Shown piece by piece: positions 1 to 14,066 of a DNA stretch of 37,707 nucleotides. Every line of letters starts with the position of its first letter. Positions within the stretch are counted from its first letter, which is position 1. The position numbers were made by a program, and so were the translations under genes. The notes beneath the pieces were generated by a model. The model was not told the DNA's origin. It saw nothing but the letters and a program-made list of their open reading frames with translations, and ran no database searches. Source of the DNA: Octopus sinensis (taxonomy: Eukaryota); assembly GCF_006345805.1 (NCBI RefSeq), contig NW_021835874.1, forward strand, positions 1-37,707, in the 5' to 3' direction.

Positions 1-176
1 GGGAGAAGTACTGCAAAACAAAGACGCACCACGTGGTACTACTCCACTGACGACCACCAGTCGGCAGACTGATGCCTGAGGGTCGCATCAAGTGGCTTCT
101 AGCGGTGGGCAGCCTGAACTACAATGCAATTGTCTAACAGAGAACGTTTCCTGTTTACTTTTGGATACTCCTCGTA
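1..176. mobile_element. Terminal part of a Tc1/mariner-type element, running off the window start
   Basis: Ends in ttacttttggatactcctcgta (155-176) followed by TA. This closely matches the terminus of the mariner copy at 15474-15496 (tttcttttggttactccctcgta). Confidence 0.55.
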
Positions 177-507
177 TATATCAGTTCTGTTCACATAGTC
201 TACATAAAGCCATAGCTTCTTAATTCCAGTAACCTGAAATAAGGTAAACGATATTTGATGAGTATTGAAATAAATATGAAACTATGAAGTATATTTATCC
301 CCCACTTAAACGTAGATATTCTGTTGGAACAAACTATACTGTGGTAATTACCACCAGAGAACCTCTCATATTGGCCCGCTTTTTGGTGCAAAATGCGTTC
401 TTGTTTATATAATCCTCGCCACCTCCAGCACCGACATCACCAGATCATATGAGTTTGACCTTCCTTGTTTTTTTGTCTTTTGTCAATGAAGGACACTCGA
501 CCGCTAG

Positions 508-831
508 GAACACTCCGTCGGTTACGACGACGAGGGTCCCAGCAGATTTGATCAACAGAACAGTCTGCTCGTGAAGTTAACGTGCAAGTGGTTGAGAATT
601 CCATAGACACGTGTAACCTTAACGTATTCCTCATGGAGATTCTGTGCGACACAGAGTGTGACAAGGTTGACCTTTTCAAATACAGGTATTACTCATTTTT
701 GCCAGCTGAGTGAACTGGAGCAACGTGAAAATAAATTGTTTTGCTCAAGGACACATCGCGTGGCCAGGAATTGAACTCACGTCCTTACGATCGTGAGCCA
801 AGTATGTCAACTACTGAGCCAGGCGCCTTCA
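508..831 (-). mobile_element. tRNA-derived SINE, head C + tail X
   Basis: Minus strand starts gaaggcgcctggctcagtagttg with a B-box-like gagttcaattcc. The 3' tail (gtcacactctgtgtc...cacttgcacgttaa...cctcgtcgtcgtaac) is shared with the copy at 35662-36020. Confidence 0.8.
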
Positions 832-845
832 CTTTAATTATCTTG

Positions 846-964
846 CAGCAACGTGAAATGAAGTATTTTGCTCAAGAAGACAACGCATCGCCCGGTCCAG
901 GAATCGAAACCATAATCTTACGATCAGGAGTCCACCACTCTAACCACTAAGCCAAGTGCTTTGA
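846..964 (-). mobile_element. SINE head C only, in tandem with the previous copy
   Basis: Minus strand ggcttagtggttagagtggtggactcctgatcgtaagattatggtttcgattcctggacc has A and B boxes, followed by gagcaaaatacttcatttcacgttgc as in the neighbouring copy. Confidence 0.75.
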
Positions 965-1929
965 CACTATCGTTAGAGATGAAATCTTTATTAAGATCAC
1001 TACGGATCGAAACATAGACCGGATGAGTTCGAATGATTATAATTGAAATTTACTTATATATAATTTAATAAAAATAATTTTAAAACTTTTCACTAGAACT
1101 TTTTTTTAATAGAAACCTTAAATAGAAAGAAATAAAGAATACAAAAAGGAAAAAATTAACCCGGCAGGCTATAAGGCCCAGCAGCTGGCTTTTCCTTTCC
1201 TCGATGATTAAGCTGGGTTACCAACACACACCTTTCTCATCACATCCTTCCATCGTTGTTCATATTCGCTCAACGTCAGGGTCTTCCTCTCCAACCCAGC
1301 TCTGCGATTACCCAGCGCTGATCACGCAGCTCTTATCTCACAGACTTATTGTGGAAAGTTTTGTCACATCTGATCATCCAAACGTATTACCAGGTTTAAT
1401 GTTTCTAGAAAACATTATACAATGCTTTCTTTAATCTTTTAAAATATGACAGAGCGTGACATGAAGAAGATTTTGCTGTTATTTTCAGACGGCCAAACAA
1501 CCACATAGGGGTTCCTTCGTTTGGTTGTGATAATAGTTTTGCTTTTGTTTAATTCCTTGTCAGCTCCGATCGAGCAGTCTTATAATTTGAATAAGTTCAA
1601 CAATGATAGCATATTATACGTAATGTATGTGGTAGGACTATGAACATTTCCTTCTGGTATTGTTTGAAAAAGATCCGGTTGCTATTTTTAACAAGGGGGA
1701 AAAAAAGACAGAAGTTCCGTAGCTGGCACGAGATCTGATAGATTAGTGATGAGGGGCATGATGTGTGTGTGTGTGGGGGGGGTGAAAGTGGAAGAGAAGC
1801 AGAGAGAGAATGAGAGTGTGCTTGAGAAAGTAGAAAGAGAGCGAGAGAACGACAGAAAGTGAGAGATATAGAATATGAGAGATATGGTGAAAAAGAGTGT
1901 CAAGGAGTAAGAGAGCATGAGTGGATAAG

Positions 1930-2107
1930 ATGTATATATAATATTATATATATATATATATATATAAAATAACACATATACATTATACATACATGTATGT
2001 ATATATATACATATACATCTATGTATATATATATTATATATATGTATGTATGTATATATATATTATATATATATATACATATACATACAATATATACATA
2101 TACATAC

Positions 2108-2157
<50 letters not shown>

Positions 2158-2365
2158 ATATACACATATACTATACATACATAATAATATATATTATATA
2201 TATATACATATACATATAATACATATTATATATTATATATATATATATATATATATTTTTACATATACATATATATATCACATACATATATATACATTAT
2301 TATATATATATAATATATATAACAATACATACATGCATACATACATACATACATACATACGTACA
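1930..2365. repeat. Compound (TA)n/(TACA)n microsatellite
   Basis: Directly visible; source of the YIYI-type ORFs. Confidence 0.95.
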
Positions 2366-3050
2366 TTCATAGAGAGGAAGGGTCGAAGAAGATGGGGGGA
2401 AATAAAGGCGGGTGAGATTTTGGCAACAGGGAGAGAAATAGTCTATTGGCATGTGAGCGTGGGTAATTGGGGAGAGAAAAGTAGAGGCAGGGTGCATGGG
2501 AATCGGGTAGCGAATGGAGGCGGGGCGACGGGCGTGTATGGTATAGGGGTACGGGTGGGAGGCGGCTGTGGATTGTTGAGAATCTGTCAACATCGTCGTC
2601 GTTCGTTATTGTAATTAGCGTCATCACAAGTTGTCACCGACGCCATGTTCGCCATGGTCATCCGGGCACACATCTTCGGCTCCAACGCCTCCTCCTCCTC
2701 CTCATCATCATCATCGTCATCCCTATCTTCGTTGCCACCACTACAAACACCGTCGCCGCCGCGACGGCGACAACCACCTTCCGAAGCATCCACCACCTCC
2801 AATTCATTATCATAACAACCACCTCCGCCACTGCCACCATCCACTTCCTCCTCCTCCTCCTCCTCCTCCTCAGCATCATCACCATCATCATCACCGACAT
2901 CATTATCATCATCGTTACCATAACGACCCTATATCTTTTTTCCCACCTACCCTCAACATTCCGTCTCACCCTCATTTGTCTCCTCATCATCATTATGCTT
3001 AGCATTATCTTCAAGCTACCAGGGTCGATAAAATAAAGTACCACAATCAT

Positions 3051-3081
<31 letters not shown>

Positions 3082-3329
3082 AGAGCAGTAGCAGAAGCAG
3101 CGTTATCAATATCATCATGGCGTCATGGCCGTCATCGTCGCTTGTTGCTTGGGTTCCTGGTTTTCTTGTTCTTCTGGTTGTTATTGTTTACGAGTTTCGC
3201 TCTTCGCCATCTTTACCTTATGCCACATCTGCCTTCTCTCCCACCTCGTTTTCTCCATCCCTTTCTCTCCCTCTTTTACGCCTTTCCACTTCCCTTACGT
3301 TAGTTTTCCTTCAAGAAAACCTTTCACAA

Positions 3330-3383
3330 TATGTGTGTACAAGCTCACACATTTACACCCACACGCACGCACACACACACACA

Positions 3384-3429
<46 letters not shown>

Positions 3430-3870
3430 TATACCAATATATGTATATAGATTTATATATATATATATATAATACACACACATACAATCATTTACACATA
3501 CTTTTATGTCGATCATATGCTTATGTGTGAGTGTCTGTGTGTGTATACATACATATAAATATATATATATATATATATGCATACATATATATTCATATAT
3601 ACATACATACACACACACACACACACATATATATATCTATTTATGCATACATATATGTGTGTGTGTATGTATGCATACACACACACAGACACACACGTGT
3701 ATATATAATATATATATACATACATACATACATACATACACACACACACAGACACACACGTATATATATATATACATACATACATACATACATACATACA
3801 TACATACATACACACACATACATACATACATACATACATACACACACACATACATACATACATACATACA

Positions 3871-3904
<34 letters not shown>

Positions 3905-3915
3905 CATACATACAC
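3330..3915. repeat. Compound (CA)n/(TA)n/(TACA)n microsatellite
   Basis: Directly visible. Confidence 0.95.
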
Positions 3916-4319
3916 ACCACTAAATATCTTCATGAGAAGTGACTGGCAAAGTTGACCTTGCAGTATACATATTTTTTTTTTCCCAGAGTGTTGGCGCCTG
4001 TAAGAATGAGAATATCAGCGAACATCATACTCACATGCAATCAACCAGGAGACTCTTGCTGGCGGTTTTTGTAAATTTTTTCCATTTTTTTTTAACCCCC
4101 CCCGCCAGTTTTTCAGACTATTTTATTTTCTGTTTGTTTATTATATATTTGATTTTGACTCCCACCCCCTCTATCTCTGCTTTCTCTCTTTTTATGATTG
4201 TTACTCTTTTTTTTTGGTTATTTTTTCTATTTTGTTGATATTTTGGGTATTTTTTGTATATTTTACATTTTTGTAAAGTTTTGGATTTTACAATTTTATA
4301 TATTAGCATTATTTTTCTT

Positions 4320-4642
4320 TTGGTCGTATATATGTATATATATAAATATAATGTGTATACATATATATATATACATATATTTATCTATATACATATATAT
4401 ATGTACATATATTTATCTATATAGATATATATATATATATATTATATAGATATATATTATATATATATAGACATGTATACATATATATATATACCATATA
4501 TTTATCTATATACAAAATATACAATACTGCATATATATATATACACATATATATGTATACAATATACACTATATATATATATAGAATATATAGATATATA
4601 TATCTATATATATATACCTGCATATATAATATATATATATTA

Positions 4643-4697
<55 letters not shown>

Positions 4698-4830
4698 ATA
4701 TATATATATTGATTGATTGATTCTAGTTTCAGCTCATGAGCTGTGGCCATGTTGGGGCACGCCATATATATATATATACATGCATTTATACGTATATATA
4801 TATGTGTATACATATATATATATATATATA
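4320..4830. repeat. (TA)n-rich microsatellite containing a short SINE-A-like tail fragment (about 4720-4763, minus)
   Basis: TA runs are directly visible. The embedded reverse complement ggcgtgccccaacatggccacagctcatgagctgaaac resembles family A tails (ggcggcaccccagcatggcc at about 37612). Confidence 0.8.
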
Positions 4831-5014
4831 AAACAAATAGTGTTACTAAGCTTTTTCTTTAATTTATAGTTTTCTTGTTTTTTTTACTACGGGTTTGTTT
4901 TTTTATTTTATATTTGTTTCCTTCACGAATTTCAGGAAAAGCAGCAGCTTGTGCAGTTAACAAATTGCTACTACGACTTCTACTATATAAATTCTACTGC
5001 TGCTGCTGCTGCTG

Positions 5015-5056
<42 letters not shown>

Positions 5057-5190
5057 TACAAGTAGTACTACAAGGTTCACATACAAAATAATTTCGCTGT
5101 CCTTGTGATGCCCCCCACCACATCTATACCCCTATGACTAATAAAAGAAATTATCATTATTATTTTTTGTTATTGTTGTTGTTCCTGTTA

Positions 5191-5410
5191 AGGCGGTGTG
5201 CTGGCAGAATCGTTAGCACGCCGGGCAAAAGGCTTAGCGGCATTTTCTCCGTCTTAATATTCTGAGTTCAAATTCCGCCGAGGTTGACTTTTGCTTTTCA
5301 TCCTCTCAGATCGATACATTGAGTACCAGTTGCGTACTGGGGTTCGATGTAATCGTCTTAAACCCTCCCGCAAATTTCAGGCCCTGTGCCTATAGCAAGT
5401 AGAAAGGATT
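5191..5410 (+). mobile_element. tRNA-derived SINE family B, tail i
   Basis: ggcggtgtgctggcagaatcgttagc...gagttcaaattccgccgagg (B box)...gtaccagttg...; ends in an (ATT)n-rich tract. Homologous to seven other copies or heads in the window. Confidence 0.85.
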
Positions 5411-5465
5411 ATAATTGTTATTGTTACCATTATTATTATTATCATTATTACGTGAGGCGGCGAGC

Positions 5466-7455
5466 TGTATTATATTCCTCTTGATGCTTTCTAATACTGT
5501 CCCCAAGGACCCAACAATAATTGACACCATCTTCACTTTCTTCATTTTTCCATAGCCGGGTTATTTCATAATTAAGAGGGTTATATCTATCTTTTCGCCT
5601 TCCTTCTTGACTATTCATGGCTCAAAGGGGCATGCAACAGCAACTATATAGCACATATGATGCACCTTGTCCACCACCACTATGAACGGTCTGTTATGCT
5701 CTTGCACCTGATCTGTTTGGATTGGTAAGTTCCAGAGAATTTTGCTAGTCTCCGATTCCGCCTCTCAGCCACATGTTGCTCCCACCTTTCTCTAGCTCCC
5801 ACCTTTCGCAGTTTCCAGTTTGGTACTTTAGCTACCTGATCGCGTTGCCATAGCTTCTAGTGGCTTTGTGTAAGTCTAGGGTATTCGTTCGTATTATGGG
5901 CAATAATTTCATCCATTCTATTGCAAATGCGGTACAGCGGAGACAAGGTTGACCCTCAAGTTAGTGGCCAAAGCTTGGTCTTGCGCTGCCAGTATAGTGC
6001 TCTTGGTTTCTTTTTGTGTAATTCTTCTTCATATCTTTTTGCACTTCTCCCTTTATTTTTCCTTTTTTCTTTGATTTCAATGCTCCCTCGTTCCTTACTG
6101 TCATTGGTAAGGTTTCCTTACTTTGGGCTAGGTATCTCACTAAGTTCCCGAGTTCGATACGTACAGAGTCTTCCACACTTATCAGTCTTCTTCCTCCATT
6201 TGCTCTCTTCATATACAAGCGATCATTGTCTGCACGTAGATGTGCTCAATGCATCATTTGGCGCTTTCTTGACTTCTTGTCCTTCTCCTTTAGCTTTGAA
6301 GCCAATATTCTTTTCACTCGCTGTAGATACTTTCTTTTTGTCTTTTCTTCACGTCGTTGTTTAATTCTATCTGCCTCACGTATTCCCAGGATTGAGGTTG
6401 AATTGCCTTCGTCATCTCACCCCTCGGCAGACATATGCCTTCTGCCCTGAACAGCTTTCCTCATCTCATCATCTTCGTAGCACATTTTGGGAGCCCAAGT
6501 TCCATCTTAGTATCACTGACTGAACTAGGCTGTTCAGTTCTACCTCAGTTTTCGTGAATAACTTCAGCTCGTCCATGAATAGAGAGTGGTTCAGTTTTCC
6601 CTTACCTCATCCTAGATCATACCCCAACTTTGTTTTCTGTAGTACTTCCCTGAAGTGGATCATTCTCAGCACAACGATCAGTGGGGACACACCGTTCCCC
6701 TGGAAGATTCCTCTCTTGATTTTCACCTCTCCTAATACTTAATTTCCTGCTGTCAATTCTGTTATCCAAGATTTCATGCTGTTCTATATAAGGCTTCTCA
6801 TGTTTTCTGCTACTCCATACATTTCCACTGTTCTTATTATCCAGGATTGTGGTATCTTATCGTATGCTTTACGATGGCCAACCTATTCCATGCTCGGGTT
6901 TATGTATCTTCTCTTGCAGTTCCTGATAATTAGATTATCAATTAAGAGCTGGTCCTTCATTCTCCGGCTCCTCTTTCGATACCCTTTCTGTTCAATAGGT
7001 CGCAGCCCACATTTTTCCAAGTATTTATACAGTTCACCGGCCAAAACAAATCACATTAGCTTCCACATTAGCAGAAGGCACGCTATTGGCCGAAAGGTGG
7101 GTGCAACACTATCCTTTTCAGGATCCTTGGCACATAATAATGTCTTTATCTTTGTCATCCAGCTGGGTACTGCGCCTTCCTGCAATCACTCATCTAGCTG
7201 TTGCGCTATCCTTTCATGGAGTCCTCTCAGCTTCTTCATCCAATAAACTTGGAAACAATCCGGTCTTGGGCTCTTCCAATTTTTATAATTTCTGTAGTTA
7301 TTTCTATGTCTTCTTGGCCTTGTGTATTTCTTAACCTATCTTAGAATTCATGCAGTCACTTCACTTCATCATTATGGTATACAGGTTGGTCCCAGATCCC
7401 TCTCCAGAATCTCTTACTTTCTTCTTCATCTGGTATCATTGTAGTTACCATCCTG
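5466..7455 (-). pseudogene. Degenerate R4/Dong-type non-LTR retrotransposon ORF (RT, zinc knuckle, restriction-like endonuclease)
   Basis: Manual minus-strand translation across stops and frameshifts gives FRPIACL, EQKGYRK, KAYDKIPQSW, RGIFQGNGVSP, HSLFMDELKLF (RT motifs), LYMKRANGGRRLISVED, KILWNLPIQTD..HNRP, and IIVGSLGTV (RLE end). Confidence 0.9.
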
Positions 7456-7790
7456 TATATACATATGTATATATGGTGTGTCGTATATATATATTATATA
7501 TATATATTATATATAATATAATAATATACATGTATATATATATAATGTATATATATATACATATAGATAGATAGAGAGATAGAGAGATAAATAGATAGAT
7601 AGAGTGAGAGATAGATAATGTGTATATATGCATATATATATGTAGTGTATATTATATATATGTATATATAAATTATGTTTGCATTATATATGTTGGCATG
7701 TATATATAGGTATATATGAAAATATATGTATAAATATAAATATTCGTGTGTGTGTGTGTGTGTGTGTGTATTGGGTGTGTGTGCGTGTGT
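7455..7790. repeat. (TA)n/(GATA)n/(TG)n microsatellite
   Basis: Directly visible. Confidence 0.9.
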
Positions 7791-8026
7791 GCGCGAGTTT
7801 AATCGATAAAGTTACACATTACAAGCTAATTATAGCGACCAGAAAATATTTCAATAACAGCAGAACAACAGAAGAGGTAAAAATAAAGAGACAAAAGATA
7901 TAATTAAAGCGGATCTCGAAATACCAACAACAAAAACAACAGCAGCAGCAGTATCGGTAATAATAACAAAAAGAAGAAGAAGAGAAGAAGAAGAAAAAAG
8001 GAAGTAGAACTACAACAACGACAGTT

Positions 8027-8059
<33 letters not shown>

Positions 8060-8314
8060 ACAGTAAGAACAATAGTAGTAGCAGGCACAACAATAACATC
8101 ACTAGCAATAATATAGTAGTGGCGGCGGAGGTGGTGGTGGCGGTGGCGGCGGCGGCTTTGGCGGTGGTACCGATGGTGGTGATATTTCTGGTGGTGGTGT
8201 TGGTTGTAATTGTGGTGGTGGTGGTGGTAGTAGTAGTAGTCCTAGTAGTGTTTCTTTAACCGCTTGGGTTAAAGAAAAGTCTGAACTGCAGCAGCAACAC
8301 AACCCCCTATCATA

Positions 8315-8377
<63 letters not shown>

Positions 8378-8771
8378 TTGGTGATGATGATGATGATGAT
8401 ATTCAACTCTGGTCAGTATCCTGCAAGACTGGACAGTGGGGAAGTAGACCAATATGAAAGGCACACATCGGGCCAAAGCAGCGAACGGTCTGATTTTAGC
8501 TGTACAAGATCAATAAACAAAAAAACACTGCTGCTAAAATAAAAAAAAAAAATGCTAAAACAAGAAACTATACACTGCAATCAATAGAAAAAAAAAATAA
8601 TCGATTACTCATTTCCGCTTACCATTTTCTTCTTACAAAGACAGATTGTTAGTCGTGGTCACGGCAGTAGCAGTTGTGGTGGTCGTCATATGTTGTCTGT
8701 GTGATAGCCGTTCTAGGATTTGTATTATGTTGATACATATAGACATACACATACACACACATATATATGTG

Positions 8772-8862
<91 letters not shown>

Positions 8863-8939
8863 TTAGGTGAGTTTCGACCAAAGATTGGTCCAGCCCATGT
8901 CTAACTAATAGCACCACCTGATAGGATCATGAGTATATA

Positions 8940-9015
8940 TTATGTGTATATATATATATATAAAGTTCGGTGTATGGTATAGTAAATTTTTTAACTGAAC
9001 CCTAATTATATAACG

Positions 9016-9063
<48 letters not shown>

Positions 9064-9122
9064 TTATATATATATATGTATATATGTTTATATATATATA
9101 TATATATATGTATATATGTTTG

Positions 9123-9153
<31 letters not shown>

Positions 9154-9359
9154 ATATATATATATGCATATATATTATATATATACATATTATTCATATG
9201 TACACACATATATATATATATACACATACATATATATATATATATACACATATTTATATACGTATGTATGTATGTATGTGTGTGTGTATATATCTATCTA
9301 TATATATAATGTATATATATATGCATATATATATATGTATATATATATATGTATATATA

Positions 9360-9445
<86 letters not shown>
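8940..9445. repeat. (TA)n/(TG)n microsatellite
   Basis: Directly visible. Confidence 0.9.
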
Positions 9446-9446
<1 letters not shown>

Positions 9447-9535
9447 GCTATTGGATCATGTTGAACCGTTAATGCCAACAAATGTTGTTTTCTCTCTCCA
9501 TTTTGTCATTCTCCTTTTTTTTTCTCCTCTTAATC

Positions 9536-9572
9536 CTTTCTGATGAAGAGCGTAGGCTCGTAATGTAAATGA
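9536..9572 (+). ncRNA. Degenerate minimal hammerhead ribozyme motif (Penelope pseudo-LTR type)
   Basis: cttt-CTGATGA-A-GAGC-gtag-GCTC-GTAA-tgt: the CUGAUGA core and a perfect 4-bp stem II are present, but GAAA reads GTAA. Confidence 0.55.
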
Positions 9573-9824
9573 ATTTTCTTTTCTTCTCAATTGTTAAACT
9601 AATACTCCTGAAGTAATTATCCAAACGTGTGTATCCAAACTCATCAGGCCAAAGGTACCTTAATCAACAAAAGTTAACATTGTCGTCAACATCCCAAGTT
9701 AACAGCCCACGTTGACTCGCAGGAGATTCGAATGAAAATGAAATTGGGATTTTGGGGATTTCTTTTCCCCAATATAGTAACCACTGCTGTAAGATACAAA
9801 ACAACTTTTACCAGGTACATGCAT

Positions 9825-10268
9825 CACAACCATATAAGCACGATATGGTGATCTCATATCAGGATTAACAGCGCATTACCTGAAGGTGGGGCTGATTTAG
9901 AATTTTCTTCTAGTCGAGTAACACATCCCGCTCAAAAGGTCCCTGAATATGAGTTGTTTAATGATGTTGAGCGAAATACCCATGTTTCCAGATGTGAATT
10001 ATCCGAACCCCAAAGAATTCATTCCTCTCAACACATGGCTATGATGCTCTCCCACAACTTCTGCTCATGATCAGAGATGTACATATCGTCAGCCACTAAG
10101 AGACATGCTCAACCGGTTTAGGTCATACAACTGACAAGAAATCTGTAATATTGAGCAAAATATTTGCTGTAGCCCATCTTTTATACCAAGACAAAACAAT
10201 GTACATAGCACTTCCAATCAATTAAGATCAGAAGCCACGAAAGCCACTGCCTGGTACCGCATCAGGGC

Positions 10269-10270
<2 letters not shown>
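9825..10270 (-). mobile_element. Non-coding interspersed element abutting (TAA)n, copy 1
   Basis: 9930-10100 is homologous to 10530-10700 and, inverted, to 28955-29017. Minus strand begins gccctgatgcggtaccagg immediately after an (AAT)n run. Confidence 0.7.
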
Positions 10271-10360
<90 letters not shown>

Positions 10361-10377
10361 TTATTATTATTATTTTT

Positions 10378-10408
<31 letters not shown>

Positions 10409-10431
10409 TTATTTTTATTATTATTATTATT

Positions 10432-10715
10432 CTTGAATGAGAGAGCAGTACATGCCATCAAAATGACATGTGTGCATGACATGGTATCCTTATATCAAGA
10501 TAAACAGCAAGAATTTCCTTGAAGTCGAGTCGCTCAAGAGTTCCCTGAATAAGGATTGTTTAAGGAAGTTGAATGCAACATCTATATTCCCAGAGGGGAA
10601 TTATCCAAACCCCAAAGAATTCCTGTTAGCACGTGCTATGATGCTCCCCACTACTTCTGCCCTTGATCAAAGATGCACATATCGTCAGCCACTAAGTTGG
10701 TTCGTTAAAACCCTG
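10432..10715 (-). mobile_element. Same element, copy 2, running into an (AAT)n/(AGT)n tract
   Basis: Shares tccctgaata...aattatcc.aaccccaaagaattc...gatgc.c.c...acttctgc...catatcgtcagccactaag with copy 1. Minus strand ends gatggcatgtactgctctctcattcaag then (aat)n. Confidence 0.7.
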
Positions 10716-11759
10716 TAATCATCGATGGATCGTATTCAAGATTGCACAGCACCTAAAACAACAGAAAAACAAAGATTTCCTGCAACTCACAAATTGACGT
10801 CGAAAGGAAAGACAACAACAACAACAAAACACATTGAATAAGGTTGTCTTGCATATATTATGGCACAAACAATGATAGAAACGTCATGTTTTAAGTCGAA
10901 CAATGAAGTGTTGACACATTAAAGTAAATAAACTTTTTCAAATGAAATGTAATGTCCTGGGAAAAAAAACAAAACATTTAGAGCCAATAGAATCTTAGAT
11001 TTATTGTTAGAAAAATAAATAATAAGGATGGAATGATGACGAATGATGGTCATAGCTTGAATGTATTTGATCGTTGTTTTGTGCTATCAACACTGTCCTG
11101 GGATTGACTTTCACAGAAATGCACCCGGAACGTGAGAAATATATGGAGTCAACATTTCTGCACAGTCTAAATACCCAAGCCCGCACTTACAATACATGTA
11201 CTTACACATCAGCATACGTACTCACACACACTGTACATGTACAAGTCCGCATAATACGTCAATACACAGATGGTAAGAGAAAACGCCTGAAATTCCCTTC
11301 AATATTCATCGAATTCATAATAAAATATAATTACAGAGGAATCCGGAAATACCGACACGATCTTCCGACGAGAATTCTCAGTCTAAACAACAATGTTGTC
11401 AAGCAATTACAAAAACAACATGACAGTATCTTTATAGCATTGAAGCAGTAACAAAAGCAGCGTGAAAGAACCTCTATGAAACAAGTTTTCAACGATTACG
11501 TCACGGGTTACATATTAACCGCGCATACTCTGCAGGCGTGGCACAAATTTTCTGTCAGAAATATCCAGGTATTTGGAAAATGTGAGTTGCTTGTAATGCA
11601 TCTCCGGTACCTGCATACACATTGGCAGCAGAGTGCAGTGCGTGCACTCACCTGTTTTGAAAATTTATTGTAACAATCACTTTTATACGTAATAGAACTT
11701 TAAACGTCTGATGTTACACTCCATTAACACTTTTAGTGCACTATTCAATGGGGCGTAGA

Positions 11760-11980
11760 ATGGTTTCAAATTTCGGCCCAAGGCCAGCTATTTCGGGGAG
11801 GAGTTTGTCAATTAGATCGACTCACCACCCAATGCTCAACTGGGACTTATTTTATCGACCACAAAAGGATAAAAAGCGAAGTCTACCTTGGTGGAAGTTG
11901 AACTCAGAACATAAAGTCAGATGAAATACCATTTAGCATTTTTTTCCTGCACGCTAACGATTCTGCCAGTTTGCCGCCTT
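11760..11980 (-). mobile_element. SINE family B, tail i
   Basis: Minus strand ggcggcaaactggcagaatcgttagc...gagttcaacttcc...gaaatagctggccttgggccgaaatttgaaacc. Confidence 0.8.
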
Positions 11981-11984
11981 AATA

Positions 11985-13029
<1,045 letters not shown>

Positions 13030-13030
<1 letters not shown>

Positions 13031-13784
13031 GGAAGGATTTTTAATTGCAGCACAAGACCAAAGCCTCCCCACCAGAAATTACCAAAAACATGTAATGAAA
13101 AGAAATATAACAAGTAAATGCAGAATATGTGGAGATAGACAAGAAACAGTAAATCATATTATCTCTGGCTGCCCAGTCCTAGCTAAGGAGGAATATATTC
13201 ACAGACACGACAGAGTTGGGACCTATATACACTGGAAACTATGCCATCGTTATGGAATAACAACAGAAAAAATATGTTATAGGCACACACCATAAAAGGT
13301 CACAGAAAACGAGAAAGCAACCACACTCTGGTATATGCCAATACACACAGATAGAGAAATTAAGGCCAACAGACCAGATATAGGTATCAGAGATCGTGAA
13401 GAAAAAAAATGTTTTCTAATTGATGTATCAATACCAGCGGATGACAACGTGTCTCTAAAAGAAATGGAGAAACTTTCAAAATACAAAGACCTGGAAATAG
13501 AGGTAACCAGAATGTGGAATCTAAAAGCAGAAACAATTCCTATCATAATAGGTGCATTAGGCATGATAAAAAATATTCAGACAAAAACATAACAAAAACA
13601 CCAGGACTTACAAACACATATAACATACAGAAAATTGCACTACTAGGCACTGCATACATCCTACGCAGAACACTTTCCATACAATAAACATCAGAGCATC
13701 ACAACAAATCACAGCACATACCCAAGGCACACAGAGCTGCGCTCGGTAGTGAAGTGAAAGCACGATATAAAAAATATACTACTA

Positions 13785-13790
<6 letters not shown>
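13030..13790 (+). pseudogene. 5'-truncated R4/Dong-type non-LTR retrotransposon (zinc knuckle, RLE, 3' UTR)
   Basis: EGFLIAAQDQSLPTRNY, CRICGDRQETVNHIISGC (CCHC), RHDRVGTYIHWKLC, and NRPDI...CFLIDVSIP...EKLSKYKDL (PD-D/ExK). Flanked on both sides by (TAA)n. Confidence 0.92.
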
Positions 13791-13854
<64 letters not shown>

Positions 13855-13877
13855 TGATAATAATAATAATAATTGTT

Positions 13878-14066
13878 ACTAATTTCGGTTGGAGGAGCTA
13901 AGTCAATTAAATCGATCCCAGTGCCCAACTGGGGTTTATTTTATCTATCCTGAAGGGATGAAAGGAAAAGTCAACCTCAGCGGAATTTTAACTCAGAATG
14001 TAAAGACAGTCGAGATGCCGCTAAGCATTTTGCCCCGCGTGATAACGACTCTGCCACCTCGCCGCT
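13878..14066 (-). mobile_element. SINE family B
   Basis: Minus strand gcggcgaggtggcagagtcgttatc...gagttaaaattccgctgaggttgac... Confidence 0.75.

Noticed and set aside
1688-4623. Many overlapping ORFs (YIYI, HTHT, CVCV, poly-H/P) including the 205-aa ORF at 1997-2614
   Set aside because: Translations of di-, tri- and tetranucleotide repeats that lack stop codons; no domain content.
5921-7334. Plus-strand hydrophobic ORFs of 147-156 aa
   Set aside because: Antisense shadows of the minus-strand R4/Dong ORF.
8865-8900. Minus-strand GACC-loop-GGUC-GAAAC stem resembling half a hammerhead
   Set aside because: No CUGANGA core upstream; too degenerate to call.
11074-11451. 125-aa non-repetitive ORF
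   Set aside because: Non-ATG start (ttg), no domain motif and no splice context; consistent with a chance ORF.
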